DNA of 64,000 nt from assembly GCA_965660855.1 (NCBI GenBank), contig CBFIBM010000001.1, positions 160,001 through 224,000 of the forward strand, given 5' to 3'. Source of the stretch: an uncultured bacterium (GTDB lineage: Bacteria; Fidelibacterota; Marinisomatia; Marinisomatales; UBA1611). The position numbers and the translations under genes were made by a program. Shown piece by piece: positions 30,701 to 39,335 of the stretch. The notes under the pieces were generated by a model. The model worked only from the letters and a program-made list of their open reading frames with translations, searched no databases and had not been told where the DNA came from. Numbering within the stretch: the first letter of the stretch is position 1; each line of letters starts with the position of its first letter.

Positions 30701-30979
30701 ACATCATACGCATTGCATAACAACTACCCTAACCCATTTAACCCAGTGACAAATATCTTGTATGATATTCCTGAGTTAACTGATGTTAAGTTAGAAATCT
30801 TTAATGTCATGGGACAGCGTGTCAGAACTCTTGCAGAGGGTAAGCACGAAGCCGGACGTTATCAGATTGTTTGGAATGCAACCAATGATATTGGTGAAAG
30901 TCTATCTTCTGGTATGTATATATATCGTATACAAGCCGGAGACTTTGTAAGTGTGAAAAAACTTGTCTTAATGAAGTAA
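24755..30979 (+). CDS. Large acidic secreted multidomain protein (lamin-tail-like, CBM-like, FN3-like and CARDB-like modules; C-terminal sorting domain)
   Basis: Signal peptide; FSEYAEGSSNNKYLEIFNGTG (lamin tail); three D(S/T)YGDGW(N/D)G motifs; GCTDPEALNYD; PxNLTAE...LxWxxP repeats; C-terminal NYPNPFNP...SSGMYIYR...KKLVLMK. Confidence 0.85.
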   Translation: MQRAIITLLMLSFGVSLYANDTAPRQKGDSFQYGLPTYKSPENRTEEYELYMVDTYGDGWDGSTLDLNMNGVSVATGLTVDGESNSFYFNADDYDYLTTGFTISTSWASELYYGIYDSEGYLLYDGYGNSAEVDISSHPDMTTQWTIDSSEENVFHNPSFEAGIATWDRHPDYDWAIATTGEGIYNSDATFTAYSGDNSFKMWASWTGLENNVFKVFEGDIAAQLAGETFTISAHMMSHADDLLGEGTHAKLVAKYFGPGPNGDGSNWWETFMFMDESEYLVGSLATATEWTEYSLTTTIPEGAYHIEIGFTLKKDADGGGSVYVDNLIGDWVEPVEVIENVYFSEYAEGSSNNKYLEIFNGTGAAIDLADFVVLGNYNGNGWSETIPFAVGTIVEAGDVYVIANSSADEAILAEADVAFGYGAYDPEAGTAYVTSFNGDDVRALAMAGDPSLIVDQIGTLDFDGDGIEGEGNEDDPGSGFDAAGVSDATKDHTLTRKPGMLGGNMGNWSQSAGTDAETSEYVVLDQNDWTSLGSHSNEVVEVCDFTEVTLNIADSYGDGWNGNILTVGDLNFTLDGVADDGSSASFDLCLEDGAYAVTCGGGSYLSEVSWEMLAADGTVLLAGGAPYEGFLQIGEVVDVLGCTDPEALNYDETATLDDGTCVYAGEDCATALVAAAGSNEAPSAPFWYTYTATLTGTATISSVGGGVDTQVYGYTGACDALVEVGFGDDEGGGPEWSSIMVLDVVEGESYYINWTDYWSPSGFVWTLEEALYPVTPQNLTAEAGMDNVYLAWDAAEPVGRSFVEIQNDRQARAEYQAEKKASLYPNRSTEVHLNRYSINPDYDPEFNNTRTNNVVINLGGGTWDSEISWNITNSEGTVVAEGGAPIENLELVLEDGTYNFNGFDSYGDGWNGSAVTATNATQVFLFWWLDTGSEGTAEFAVNDGAANLYLSNINYDQDTQMMSVDVNNDGTLWAYGGDVAPFIGSVPNGDCQEPGSIGQSVPQPLAPGSSYNFAFDIDLVDILGYGVHPVGAMVDWSCAVPELDENDNTIGGEITLVDPLDGITFSVYREDAASGTYALVVSGLESEMFLDESVVGGTGYCYYVTQTAAEVESGASNIACATPYGSDAFPAPTALAGEADGYDVMLSWTAPDLTGWEPPRHNSRFAPSMNKPMTHTPSNTEHTTPPATRQGGDTFETATVIDALPYVDNGSTVGLAADYGPYADLTTLVCEFGDTYYSATSTAAGPDAVYSIDLAEDAFVNISLCGSGYDTGLGVFSSDGVLVAANDDFCSFQSEVTCSMPAGMYYIVVSGWGTDAGDYVLNVGTVDPPSPVAGYNVYRDGEMVGYVEGVDETSFSEFVYSPEMPEGGTYTYAVSAYYDVQDASSVLSDPVDVTTTAPPFECVAPTNLTAENQGNDVMLSWDGPAGGPTWFTHFDGTVNSGVGTATGLFSLEAAVKFGPETTLDLMGLSLTQVAFMTSDVTALFKVMIYDPVSMLPVDSTDVIDPSTLIVGDWNIVDLPNPIALDGSEVMFGYKVTVTAEGTYPASMDLQSDHNGMDNLIAGFGSPMQSMLDAYAIDGGWAIAGYADYGQGQSIVSLDPPVFDNVINPGDFDVRHLANPLEVSLPVEQMNRALLGYHVYRNDTTIATVPPSETSYDDYDAPWGTVEYYVTAEYDDTEDCGESDPSNVVSIDLANNPPSAVNLIAPPNGATFTINEGNMDQGNMFVWSPSSDADNDPIEYYLGVETEVLGDTLDEWFPENALQNGDFEDGTDHWFFYPPEATNTSYDEDMEMLMIGGLNSGDNTENNVYQEWPGDALPVGTHFEVYGEVMSPADDFIAGDNHFVLFAKYFDSNWGMIHMDHSEPMSAQNATADMYHELEFESIVPEGVAVMQVGAMFVQATPDHGGMVGIDEIYMHVPMTVTGFEISNSMFGELMLETQVTNLTVEWDVWAFDGYDPTPSTGSRTFTVDASDLLSVNNIALPTSYALHNNYPNPFNPVTNILYDIPELTDVKLEIFNVMGQRVRTLAEGKHEAGRYQIVWNATNDIGESLSSGMYIYRIQAGDFVSVKKLVLMK

Positions 30980-31001
30980 GTTTTCATACGAACAATACTT
31001 G

Positions 31002-31035
31002 AAAAGGGGCTCGGTTTATCGAGCCCCTTTTTTTT
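31002..31035 (+). terminator. Intrinsic terminator
   Basis: AAAAGGGGCTCG-GTTTAT-CGAGCCCC followed by T8. Confidence 0.92.
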
Positions 31036-31066
31036 CTATTACACCAATGTATAAAGGCTATTTTTA

Positions 31067-33529
31067 ATGAAATATTTACCATTATTCTTTTTTACCGTAT
31101 TATTTGGATTGGAAGATTTACCTCCAGAACAAAGAACAAGAGATCGTGAGATCGATGTGCATCATATTAGAATTAATGCGACTGTTAACCTGTTATCTGA
31201 AACTGTTTACGGAAATGTCATACATACCTTTAGCCCTTTAAGTTCCTCATTAGAAATGTTTGAGCTAGATGCCAGTGATATGAATATTAATAGAGTAAGA
31301 ATAAAAGATAGAGATATCTCATTCAATCATATTGCAGATAAATTGATTATTTCTTTGAAACGGCCCATCTCATGGAATGATACGATAGATGTTAAGATTG
31401 ATTATACCGCTAAACCAAAAAAAGGTGTTTATTTCGTAAAGCCAGATGATGTATACCCAAATAAGCCTTACCAAGCTTGGACTCAAGGAGAAGATCAGGA
31501 TAATCATCACTGGGTACCAATATATGATTACCCAAATGAAAGATCTACATTTGAAACTATCTTAACAGTAGATCAAAAATATAAAGCAGTTTCAAATGGT
31601 GAATTAGTTTCTAAAACTAACAATGATAATGGTACTCATACATGGCATTGGAGAGAAAATTTTCCAATGGTACCATACCTGATCTCTTTTGTTGTGGGAG
31701 AATATGTAAAAGTTGAGGATAAATATAAGGATATTCCCATTAATTATTGGGTCTACCCAAACAATAAAAGAGAAACAAATAGGTCTTTTGGTCTAACAAC
31801 AGATATGATGTCATTTTTTGAACAAGAAACAGCGATGGATTACCCGTATGAGAAATATGATCAAATAATTATTGATGATTTTATGTTTGGTGGAATGGAA
31901 AATATAACTTTAACTCACAATACAGATCGAACTATGTATGACGAATTTGCATCTCCAGATGTTAGTAGTGAAGGTCTTGTCGCACATGAACTTGCACATC
32001 ATTGGTTTGGGAATATGATTACCACAAGAAATTGGGCCAATGCTTGGCTTAATGAGGGTTTTGCTACCTATTATTCAAGAAAATATTTTGAACATAAATT
32101 TGGCTATGATGAGGGAGAATATATTCGTTATTCTGAAATGGGAAGTTATTTTTATTCAGATAAGAAATGGAATAGAGCAACTGTCCAACATCACTTTCAT
32201 GAATCTATGGATCTTTTTGATGGTCATATTTACGCAAAAGGTAGTTTGATTCTCAACATGATTTATGATGTCCTTGGTGAAGAGGCTTTTAAAAGAGGTG
32301 TACAACATTATGTTAAAGAAAATAAGCATAAAAATGTTGAAACCAGTGATTTGAAGAAAGCGTTTGAAGAGGTTACTGGTAAAAATTTAGATTGGTTTTT
32401 TAAGCAGTGGGTATATAACCCAGGATACCCAGAATATGATGTAAGTTATTCCTATAATCAAAGAAATAGGACGATCAAATTCATAATAAATCAAACTCAA
32501 GATTTAAAAAAGGTCGGTCTTTTTAAAATGCCAATTGACATACAAGTAGACGGTGAAATGCATACCATTTGGGTTGAAGATAAAAACCTTGTTTATGAAA
32601 TACCTGTTTCTAAGAGACCTAAATTGGTTATTTTTAATTCTGGAATGAAAATACCTTGTAAAATAAAATTTGATAAGCCACTAGCAGAATGGATATTACA
32701 GTTACAAACTGCACCTCATATTTTAGATAGAATAGAAGCAGTGAATGTATTAAAAAATAAAAAAGGACGTAGGAAAGTTGAAAAAGCTCTATTAGAGTGT
32801 TTAGAAAAGGATAAGTTTTGGGGGGTAAGAAGAGAAGCAGTAAAAGGTTTCTCAAAGCTTAAATCAAAATTATATTCTCAAGAGCTAATGGGATTATCGA
32901 ATGGACAAGACAATCGTGTGAAACGCGAAATTTGGAAAGCATTAAAAATATATAAAAATCATGATGAAGTAAGCTCTTTCTTACAAAATGTAATTATTAC
33001 TGATACAAAATATTATAGCATTAGCGATGCGTTTTTAGCCTTAGTTGAAGTAGATACTTCTGCTGCAAAAAACAGAGTTCTGACGATGCTGCAAACAAAT
33101 TCTCATAACGATATCATAAGAAAATCAGCAATGTCTTATTACGGTAAGGTAAAAAATGATCAAAATTATGATAAGTTAAAAAACTTAGCTTCCTATGGAG
33201 GAACTACATGGGATGCCAGACCCGAGGCGATAAATCAACTAACTAAATATTTAAAAACAAAACCTAAAACAATAGAATTATTTTTAGATTTTTTAAATGA
33301 TCCATCACGAAATGTACGTAAGAATTGTATTCGGGCATTAGGTAAATATGGTACAAAAGATCATATAGATCACTTAGATGAGGTTTTAATCAAAGACCCA
33401 ATATTAAGTAGAGATATTAGATTTGCAAAAAATATGATAAATAAAAATTCTCTAAAAGGTCAAAAAAATAATGAAGAGATGAACCTATTAAATCAGAAAA
33501 TAGAGGATATCAGAAAAATTATTAATTAA
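31067..33529 (+). CDS. M1 family aminopeptidase with C-terminal HEAT repeats
   Basis: GGMEN, AHELAHHWFG, WLNEGFATY, YAKG; HEAT-like VRREAV and VRKNCIRALG. Confidence 0.93.
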   Translation: MKYLPLFFFTVLFGLEDLPPEQRTRDREIDVHHIRINATVNLLSETVYGNVIHTFSPLSSSLEMFELDASDMNINRVRIKDRDISFNHIADKLIISLKRPISWNDTIDVKIDYTAKPKKGVYFVKPDDVYPNKPYQAWTQGEDQDNHHWVPIYDYPNERSTFETILTVDQKYKAVSNGELVSKTNNDNGTHTWHWRENFPMVPYLISFVVGEYVKVEDKYKDIPINYWVYPNNKRETNRSFGLTTDMMSFFEQETAMDYPYEKYDQIIIDDFMFGGMENITLTHNTDRTMYDEFASPDVSSEGLVAHELAHHWFGNMITTRNWANAWLNEGFATYYSRKYFEHKFGYDEGEYIRYSEMGSYFYSDKKWNRATVQHHFHESMDLFDGHIYAKGSLILNMIYDVLGEEAFKRGVQHYVKENKHKNVETSDLKKAFEEVTGKNLDWFFKQWVYNPGYPEYDVSYSYNQRNRTIKFIINQTQDLKKVGLFKMPIDIQVDGEMHTIWVEDKNLVYEIPVSKRPKLVIFNSGMKIPCKIKFDKPLAEWILQLQTAPHILDRIEAVNVLKNKKGRRKVEKALLECLEKDKFWGVRREAVKGFSKLKSKLYSQELMGLSNGQDNRVKREIWKALKIYKNHDEVSSFLQNVIITDTKYYSISDAFLALVEVDTSAAKNRVLTMLQTNSHNDIIRKSAMSYYGKVKNDQNYDKLKNLASYGGTTWDARPEAINQLTKYLKTKPKTIELFLDFLNDPSRNVRKNCIRALGKYGTKDHIDHLDEVLIKDPILSRDIRFAKNMINKNSLKGQKNNEEMNLLNQKIEDIRKIIN

Positions 33530-33628
33530 ATCTTTTTTATTTTAGCACATTTTATTTTTTTACTCAAAGTTCTAATGTTATAAAACTGATTAAAATTGTA
33601 AATTTAAATACAAATAAAGGATAGTATC

Positions 33629-33964
33629 ATGAGAGTCTTAAATGTAATCTTTTTGGGAATTTTTATTTTAGGTTGTAACGGAGAAATATCTGATGTCTCC
33701 ATAAACACGCCAACCATTCAATGTGGCATGTGTCAAAAAAATATCGAATTAGGTTTAACAAAAATTAAAGGTATAAGTTCATCTAAAGTTGACTTAGGAG
33801 CGAAAATAACAGAAGTTAAATATTATAAAGATGTAGTTAATGTATCTCAAATTGAGAAAGCAATCTCTAATATTGGTTACCAGGCAAATAATATTTTAGC
33901 TAACTCAGAGAAGTATGAATTATTACCTGCCTGTTGTAAAATTGGTGGTATGGATAAAATGTAA
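33629..33964 (+). CDS. Heavy-metal-associated (HMA) domain lipoprotein
   Basis: Lipobox ILGC, TIQCGMC metal motif, IEKAISNIGY, C-terminal YELLPACC. Confidence 0.88.
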   Translation: MRVLNVIFLGIFILGCNGEISDVSINTPTIQCGMCQKNIELGLTKIKGISSSKVDLGAKITEVKYYKDVVNVSQIEKAISNIGYQANNILANSEKYELLPACCKIGGMDKM

Positions 33965-34069
33965 TTGAGCATTTACTTCCATTTAATTCAACTTTAACTA
34001 TTTTAAATAAAATGCTTTCAAAATCTATTTATTTGCGTAATTTTGTTTATTATTCAATAGTGTGAGTAT

Positions 34070-35662
34070 ATGAGATTCTTAACCATTTTTATAATTATTT
34101 TGATGTTATCATCCTCTGTTCCATATGTAGGATCAAGTTTGCTTATTGCAGAATCCTCAGAGGAACAGACTTCCAGAAAAAAGAAAAAAAGAAAATCATC
34201 AAAAAAGAAATCATCAAAAAAGAAATCATCAAAAAAGAAATCATCAAAAAAGAAATCATCAAAAAAGAAAAAATCTAGTAAAAAAAGAAAAAAGAAGCCT
34301 ACTGAAAAAAAACAAGAAGAAGTTATCTCTGAACCTATTGAAAGTTCATCTGAGGAAAAAAAGAAGAATAAATTTAATTCAGCAGCTTATGCAGATGAAC
34401 TTTTTAATTTGACAGGTGAGTTAGAGGCGTCCAATAAAGAGCTTGCCAAAGCAACCCAATACTTTTACAATGAAGACCCCATTAAAAAACCAGTTTCTAT
34501 TGAATCCAAGCCTTATTTTTCAAGAAAAGATTTTGAAAATGAGGCAAGGCTAAATCCGGATAATCTCTATATCCAACGGCAGCTTGGTTTGTATTATGAA
34601 GCAAATGGTGATTTTAGTGGTGCAAAAGAAGTGTATCTTAGAGAAGTTAGTAAAAACCCTCAAAACCCTGATGCTCACTATTTTCTAGGTTCTTTATATG
34701 CTAATTCAGGTGAGTATTTAAAAGCTAAAAATTCATTTGAAGAAGCTCTATATTTAGAACCAAATCATAATGCTACTATTGAAGCAATGTCCATGTTTGT
34801 ACAAACAGATGAACAGAAAAAACTTAGCAGAGATATCTTGAGCTATTCATCAAAAAAAGTTCCAGATGGTCCAGCTCAAAAAGTATCATTAATTCGTGAA
34901 AAAATGTCTTCTGAAAATTTTGTTGAAGCCTTGAATCTTGCGGAAGAAGCTTATGAAAAGCATCCAAATCATACGGGCTTTATACAGCTTATTGGTGAAA
35001 ACCATCTAAAACTAGGACGCCCTGAAGAAGCAAAGAGGTCTTTTCAAAGAGCAATCAGACTTAACCCGAAAGATATTCAACCTCATCTATCTCTGGCAGA
35101 TCTTTATTTTGAACAAGGAAAATATGTTTATGCTGCACTTAGTTATAGCGATGCTGTCTATCTTGACCCTGACAATAGTGATTATCGATACATGCAAGGT
35201 TTAAGTTACTTCAATGGTCAAGAATGGGGTCGGACAGCCGCATCATGGGAAGATTTGCTACAATATAGGCCTAATGATGCTATCGTTAGAAACTTGCTTC
35301 CGCAGGTGTATTATGTTATGGCGGTAGAATATAATAGAATTGGAAATCCCACTATGGGAAGGCAAGCGTTTAAAAATGCACTATCTGTTAATAATAATAC
35401 CTCTTCTTGGCTTTCTGGAGCACTAAATGTTTTGGGTAAATTTTATCGTGAAAAAAATATGTTTAATGAATCTCTAGTTGCTTTTCAAGAAGTCCTAGAG
35501 CTCAGTCCTTCAGATGCTGGGGCATATATGGGTATTGGAATAACTTATTGGAAGATGGATGAAAAACAACTTGCAAGGGCTTCATGGGAGAAAAGTTTAG
35601 AGATTAAACCTGAGAATAATGAATCGAGAGGTTGGCTTATTTTATCATCTCAGGGATCCTAG
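34070..35662 (+). CDS. Exported tetratricopeptide-repeat protein with a Lys/Ser-rich N-terminal tract
   Basis: Signal peptide, (KKKSS)n tract, many TPRs (NPDAHYFLG, A...F..AL.L.P). Confidence 0.88.
   Translation: MRFLTIFIIILMLSSSVPYVGSSLLIAESSEEQTSRKKKKRKSSKKKSSKKKSSKKKSSKKKSSKKKKSSKKRKKKPTEKKQEEVISEPIESSSEEKKKNKFNSAAYADELFNLTGELEASNKELAKATQYFYNEDPIKKPVSIESKPYFSRKDFENEARLNPDNLYIQRQLGLYYEANGDFSGAKEVYLREVSKNPQNPDAHYFLGSLYANSGEYLKAKNSFEEALYLEPNHNATIEAMSMFVQTDEQKKLSRDILSYSSKKVPDGPAQKVSLIREKMSSENFVEALNLAEEAYEKHPNHTGFIQLIGENHLKLGRPEEAKRSFQRAIRLNPKDIQPHLSLADLYFEQGKYVYAALSYSDAVYLDPDNSDYRYMQGLSYFNGQEWGRTAASWEDLLQYRPNDAIVRNLLPQVYYVMAVEYNRIGNPTMGRQAFKNALSVNNNTSSWLSGALNVLGKFYREKNMFNESLVAFQEVLELSPSDAGAYMGIGITYWKMDEKQLARASWEKSLEIKPENNESRGWLILSSQGS
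34193..34270 (+). repeat. 15-bp tandem repeat AAAAAAGAAATCATC, about 5.2 units, encoding KKKSS
   Basis: Four perfect copies at 34201-34260 plus partial copies on both sides. Confidence 0.95.
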
Positions 35663-35699
35663 ATCTCAATATTAAATATTATTTAAGATACTACGAATA

Positions 35700-36827
35700 G
35701 TGTTCCGTTTAATATGTGTTTCCGTTCTATTTTTTTCTTCATTACTATTTTCTAATGATTTTTATGAAGGAGACAGTTTAGTAAAAAAAGGTGTTTATTC
35801 TTTTTATAACTATGAATTTGATGAAGCTGTCTCAATATTATCTAAAGCGAGAAAAGATTTCCCAGATCATCCAGGAGTGCATCTAATTTGGGCTGCTTCC
35901 CGATGGGTAAAAGCTCAGTCTACTTTAACTGTACCTGAAACGTATAATCTTTTAGAATCAGATTTAAATGATATTGAATCAGTTTATCTTGATCTAACTA
36001 AGAAATATCCATATAATCCTACCTATAAACTCTACAAGGGTTCTGCAATAGGGTTAAAAGCCAGAGTTACCTTAGGGAGAAAGCAATGGCTAAGAACTCT
36101 CTCAAATGCATATAAAGGATTTGTAATAATTGATGATGTTGCAAAAAATGATCCTCAAATTATCGACGCTTTACTTCCGATTGGAATTATAGAATACTAT
36201 GCAGGAATTAGTAATTCCTTATTAAAATATGCGATTAAGATTTATGGACTTAACGCATCAAGAGAGTTAGGATTACAAAAAATGAATCTTGCTGCAGATG
36301 AAGGGAGCTGGTCATGGATTGAGGCGAAATCAATTCTTAGTAATATTTACTTATGGGTTGAAGATGAACCAATACTTGCTTTGGAGCATTCGAAAGACCT
36401 TGCTGAAAATTTTCCTAATAATTTTTATTTTAATCTTTTGTATCTAGAATCAAATATTCGTACCAATAATTTAGATCTATCTAATGCAATAATAAGAGAT
36501 ATGGATTTTAAAATAAGTAGCTTATCAAGTATGCAAAGAACATGGTATGAGCCATATTTAATGTATGAAAAAGCTTTGTATTCTTTTTATAAAAAAGACT
36601 ATAGAGCTTCATTGTCCTTAGTCAATGAAGCAATTAATGATTACGCAGCTGAGCTTGACATTGTTCTTGCAAATGCTTTTTTATTGCAGGGGAAATGTTA
36701 TGATAAATTGGGTAAGCGTAGAGAAGCAAAGGAAAGCTATCGTATGTGTATTGATTTAAAAAATTTATCAGATGCAGTTTCCAAATCTAAAAATTATTTA
36801 CAAATGCCTTATGAAGGTCGCCAATGA
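35700..36827 (+). CDS. Exported TPR-like protein
   Basis: Signal peptide; helical repeats, C-terminal LLQGKCYDKLGKRREAKESY. Confidence 0.75.
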   Translation: MFRLICVSVLFFSSLLFSNDFYEGDSLVKKGVYSFYNYEFDEAVSILSKARKDFPDHPGVHLIWAASRWVKAQSTLTVPETYNLLESDLNDIESVYLDLTKKYPYNPTYKLYKGSAIGLKARVTLGRKQWLRTLSNAYKGFVIIDDVAKNDPQIIDALLPIGIIEYYAGISNSLLKYAIKIYGLNASRELGLQKMNLAADEGSWSWIEAKSILSNIYLWVEDEPILALEHSKDLAENFPNNFYFNLLYLESNIRTNNLDLSNAIIRDMDFKISSLSSMQRTWYEPYLMYEKALYSFYKKDYRASLSLVNEAINDYAAELDIVLANAFLLQGKCYDKLGKRREAKESYRMCIDLKNLSDAVSKSKNYLQMPYEGRQ

Positions 36828-38716
36828 AATTTTATTGCAATAGTTTAATAAATTATAAAAGATGGAATACAAGGATTGTACAAGTCGGAGAGATAGGTAT
36901 TGGAGGTAATAATCCAATACGCATACAATCTATGACCACAACAGATACTATGGATACTGAAGGTACTATTGAGCAATCCATTCGTATGATTAAAGCGGGT
37001 TGTGAAATTGTGAGAATCACAGCACCGAGTAAAAAAGATGCTGAAAACTTGAGAAATATCAAAGAAGGACTTTCAAAGAGAGGGTATAGTACTCCGATCG
37101 TGGCAGATATTCACTTTACTCCAATTGCTGCTGAAATTGCTGCTGGAATTGTAGAAAAAGTAAGAATAAACCCAGGAAATTATGCTGATAGGAAAAAATT
37201 TAAAAAATATGATTTTTCAGATGAATCTTATCGATTAGAAATAAAACGAATCAGAGATCGGTTTATTCCACTCTTGGAAATATGTAAATCCAATAATACT
37301 GCTTTAAGAATTGGAACAAATCATGGATCCTTATCAGATCGTATTATGAGCCATTATGGAGATACGCCATTGGGAATGGTTGAATCTGCTATGGAATTTT
37401 TACGAATCGCAGAAGAAGTCAATTTTCATGATATTATCTTATCCATGAAAGCTAGTAATACTCAAGTAATGGTTCAAGCATATAGACTACTAGTAAAAAC
37501 AATGGTTAAAGAAAATATGAATTATCCTTTGCATCTTGGTGTAACTGAAGCAGGAGAAGCGGAAGATGGTAGAATCAAATCTGCTGTTGGTATTGGGACC
37601 TTACTTGCAGATGGTTTAGGTGATACAATAAGAGTTTCATTAACAGAAGAGCCGGAGTTTGAGATTCCTGTTTGTAAAACTCTTTTAAAACCTTATACCA
37701 ACATGAATAAGTCTCAACATCTCCAATCAGAGATAAATAATATTGACTATGATCCATACTTTTATAAAAAAAGAGAAACAAAAAGTTTATTAAGAATTGG
37801 TGGAGAAAATGTTCCCGTGGTCATTGGTGATTTATCAAGCTTTAGAAATATTCGACCATCAGATTTAGGTCAGTTTGGTTATTTGTATTCAATAAAAAAT
37901 GATAAATGGCATATTTCGGATTTAGCGATCGACTATTTATATGTAGGGAAAAGTGAAATAAAATTTGAAATTCCAGGCACACTAGAAATTATTCGTGATT
38001 ATGATTTTTTAAGATCTGATTTTCATAAAAAACTATATCACTATGAAAACATTAAAAACATGAAATATAATGAAATTTCATTTTTACATTGTAACCTGAA
38101 TGATAATATTTTTGATGAAATAATAAAATATCCAAATTGTATCGTAATTTTAAACTCTTATGAAAATGAAACGATGCCAATGATAAGGAAATTTTTTATT
38201 GATTGTTTAAAATATAAAATTAAAAACCCAATAATAATTAAACGCAACTACGTGAAAATAAAGGAAGATGATTTTCTTCTTCAAGCTTCGGTTGATATAG
38301 GAGGTCTTCAAATTGACGGATTTGGAGATGGAATTATGTTAAATAGTCCAAATGGAAAAAGTTTTATGACTGAAACCTCATTTGGTATTTTACAAGCTAG
38401 TAGAACCCGTATTTCAAAAACAGAATATATTTCATGTCCTTCATGTGGTAGAACGTTGTTTGATTTGCAGGAAACAACTGCTAAAATTAGAAAAGAGACC
38501 TCCCACCTTAAAGGAATAAAAATTGGTGTAATGGGCTGTATTGTAAATGGTCCAGGTGAAATGGCAGATGCTGATTATGGTTATGTAGGGACTGCACCTG
38601 GTAAAATTTCATTATATAAAGGTCAAGATGTTGTAAAAAAACATGTCAAATCAGAAGAAGCGGTTGAGGCTTTAGTCACCCTAATAAAAAATAACAATGA
38701 TTGGATAGAACCTTGA
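36824..38716 (+). CDS. ispG: (E)-4-hydroxy-3-methylbut-2-enyl-diphosphate synthase, long form with insertion domain
   Basis: IQSMTTTDT, VADIHF, RINPGN, RIGTNHGSLS, PLHLGVTEAG, GDTIRVSLT, SCPSCGRT, MGCIVNGPGE. Confidence 0.97.
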   Translation: MKFYCNSLINYKRWNTRIVQVGEIGIGGNNPIRIQSMTTTDTMDTEGTIEQSIRMIKAGCEIVRITAPSKKDAENLRNIKEGLSKRGYSTPIVADIHFTPIAAEIAAGIVEKVRINPGNYADRKKFKKYDFSDESYRLEIKRIRDRFIPLLEICKSNNTALRIGTNHGSLSDRIMSHYGDTPLGMVESAMEFLRIAEEVNFHDIILSMKASNTQVMVQAYRLLVKTMVKENMNYPLHLGVTEAGEAEDGRIKSAVGIGTLLADGLGDTIRVSLTEEPEFEIPVCKTLLKPYTNMNKSQHLQSEINNIDYDPYFYKKRETKSLLRIGGENVPVVIGDLSSFRNIRPSDLGQFGYLYSIKNDKWHISDLAIDYLYVGKSEIKFEIPGTLEIIRDYDFLRSDFHKKLYHYENIKNMKYNEISFLHCNLNDNIFDEIIKYPNCIVILNSYENETMPMIRKFFIDCLKYKIKNPIIIKRNYVKIKEDDFLLQASVDIGGLQIDGFGDGIMLNSPNGKSFMTETSFGILQASRTRISKTEYISCPSCGRTLFDLQETTAKIRKETSHLKGIKIGVMGCIVNGPGEMADADYGYVGTAPGKISLYKGQDVVKKHVKSEEAVEALVTLIKNNNDWIEP

Positions 38717-38799
38717 AATCTTTAATATTGATAGGTAGTAATATAATATTGTATCTTTAGGTAAGTTATTTTTGCCAAGAGTCCTCTAATGAGAAAACT

Positions 38800-39234
38800 A
38801 TGAGAAGAATTATTCCAGTATTGATATTTGCTTTTTTAGCTGCACAGACTGATTCTGGATCTCTTTCTCCAGTTGTCACATATTGGAAAACTCTAACTCA
38901 AGAGGAAAAAGAGACCTTCCTATTTTCATATATAACTCAAGTTTATGAAACCCATACAGAGTTAAAGAATACTGTAGGATATGGAGGTATTACAGAATGG
39001 TACTACAATAATAGAGCAGAGATGGTCTATGGTATATTTGATCAATTAGAGAAAATAAGAATATCAGAAATGGTAAAATGGGTTGATGAATTTTACTCTC
39101 ATGGGGAATATGCGAATAAACCATTTTATGAAGCTCTTGAATTTTCTTACCGGTTCGCTGAAGCCTCTGGATCCAATATGTGGGAAAAATATGAAAATTT
39201 AAGGTTTGACAAAATTAAACCTGGGAAAGATTGA
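38800..39234 (+). CDS. Exported hypothetical protein
   Basis: Signal-peptide-like N-terminus, 144 aa, coding-like composition. Confidence 0.75.
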   Translation: MRRIIPVLIFAFLAAQTDSGSLSPVVTYWKTLTQEEKETFLFSYITQVYETHTELKNTVGYGGITEWYYNNRAEMVYGIFDQLEKIRISEMVKWVDEFYSHGEYANKPFYEALEFSYRFAEASGSNMWEKYENLRFDKIKPGKD

Positions 39235-39335
39235 TTCATCTAAATTTTTCTACTTATCCTAAATTATTTTCTCCGTAGAACTCGAATGAGAATTCAATTT
39301 ATTTATATTAGTGAGATAGTTTGATCTTCTAACGC

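Noticed and set aside
34146..34412. Alternative-frame ORF with QKRNH repeats
   Set aside because: A by-product of the 15-bp repeat within the TPR gene.
36824..38716. IspG about 250 aa longer than the E. coli enzyme
   Set aside because: This is the known long three-domain form found in Bacteroidota, Chlamydiae and plants, so it is not novel.
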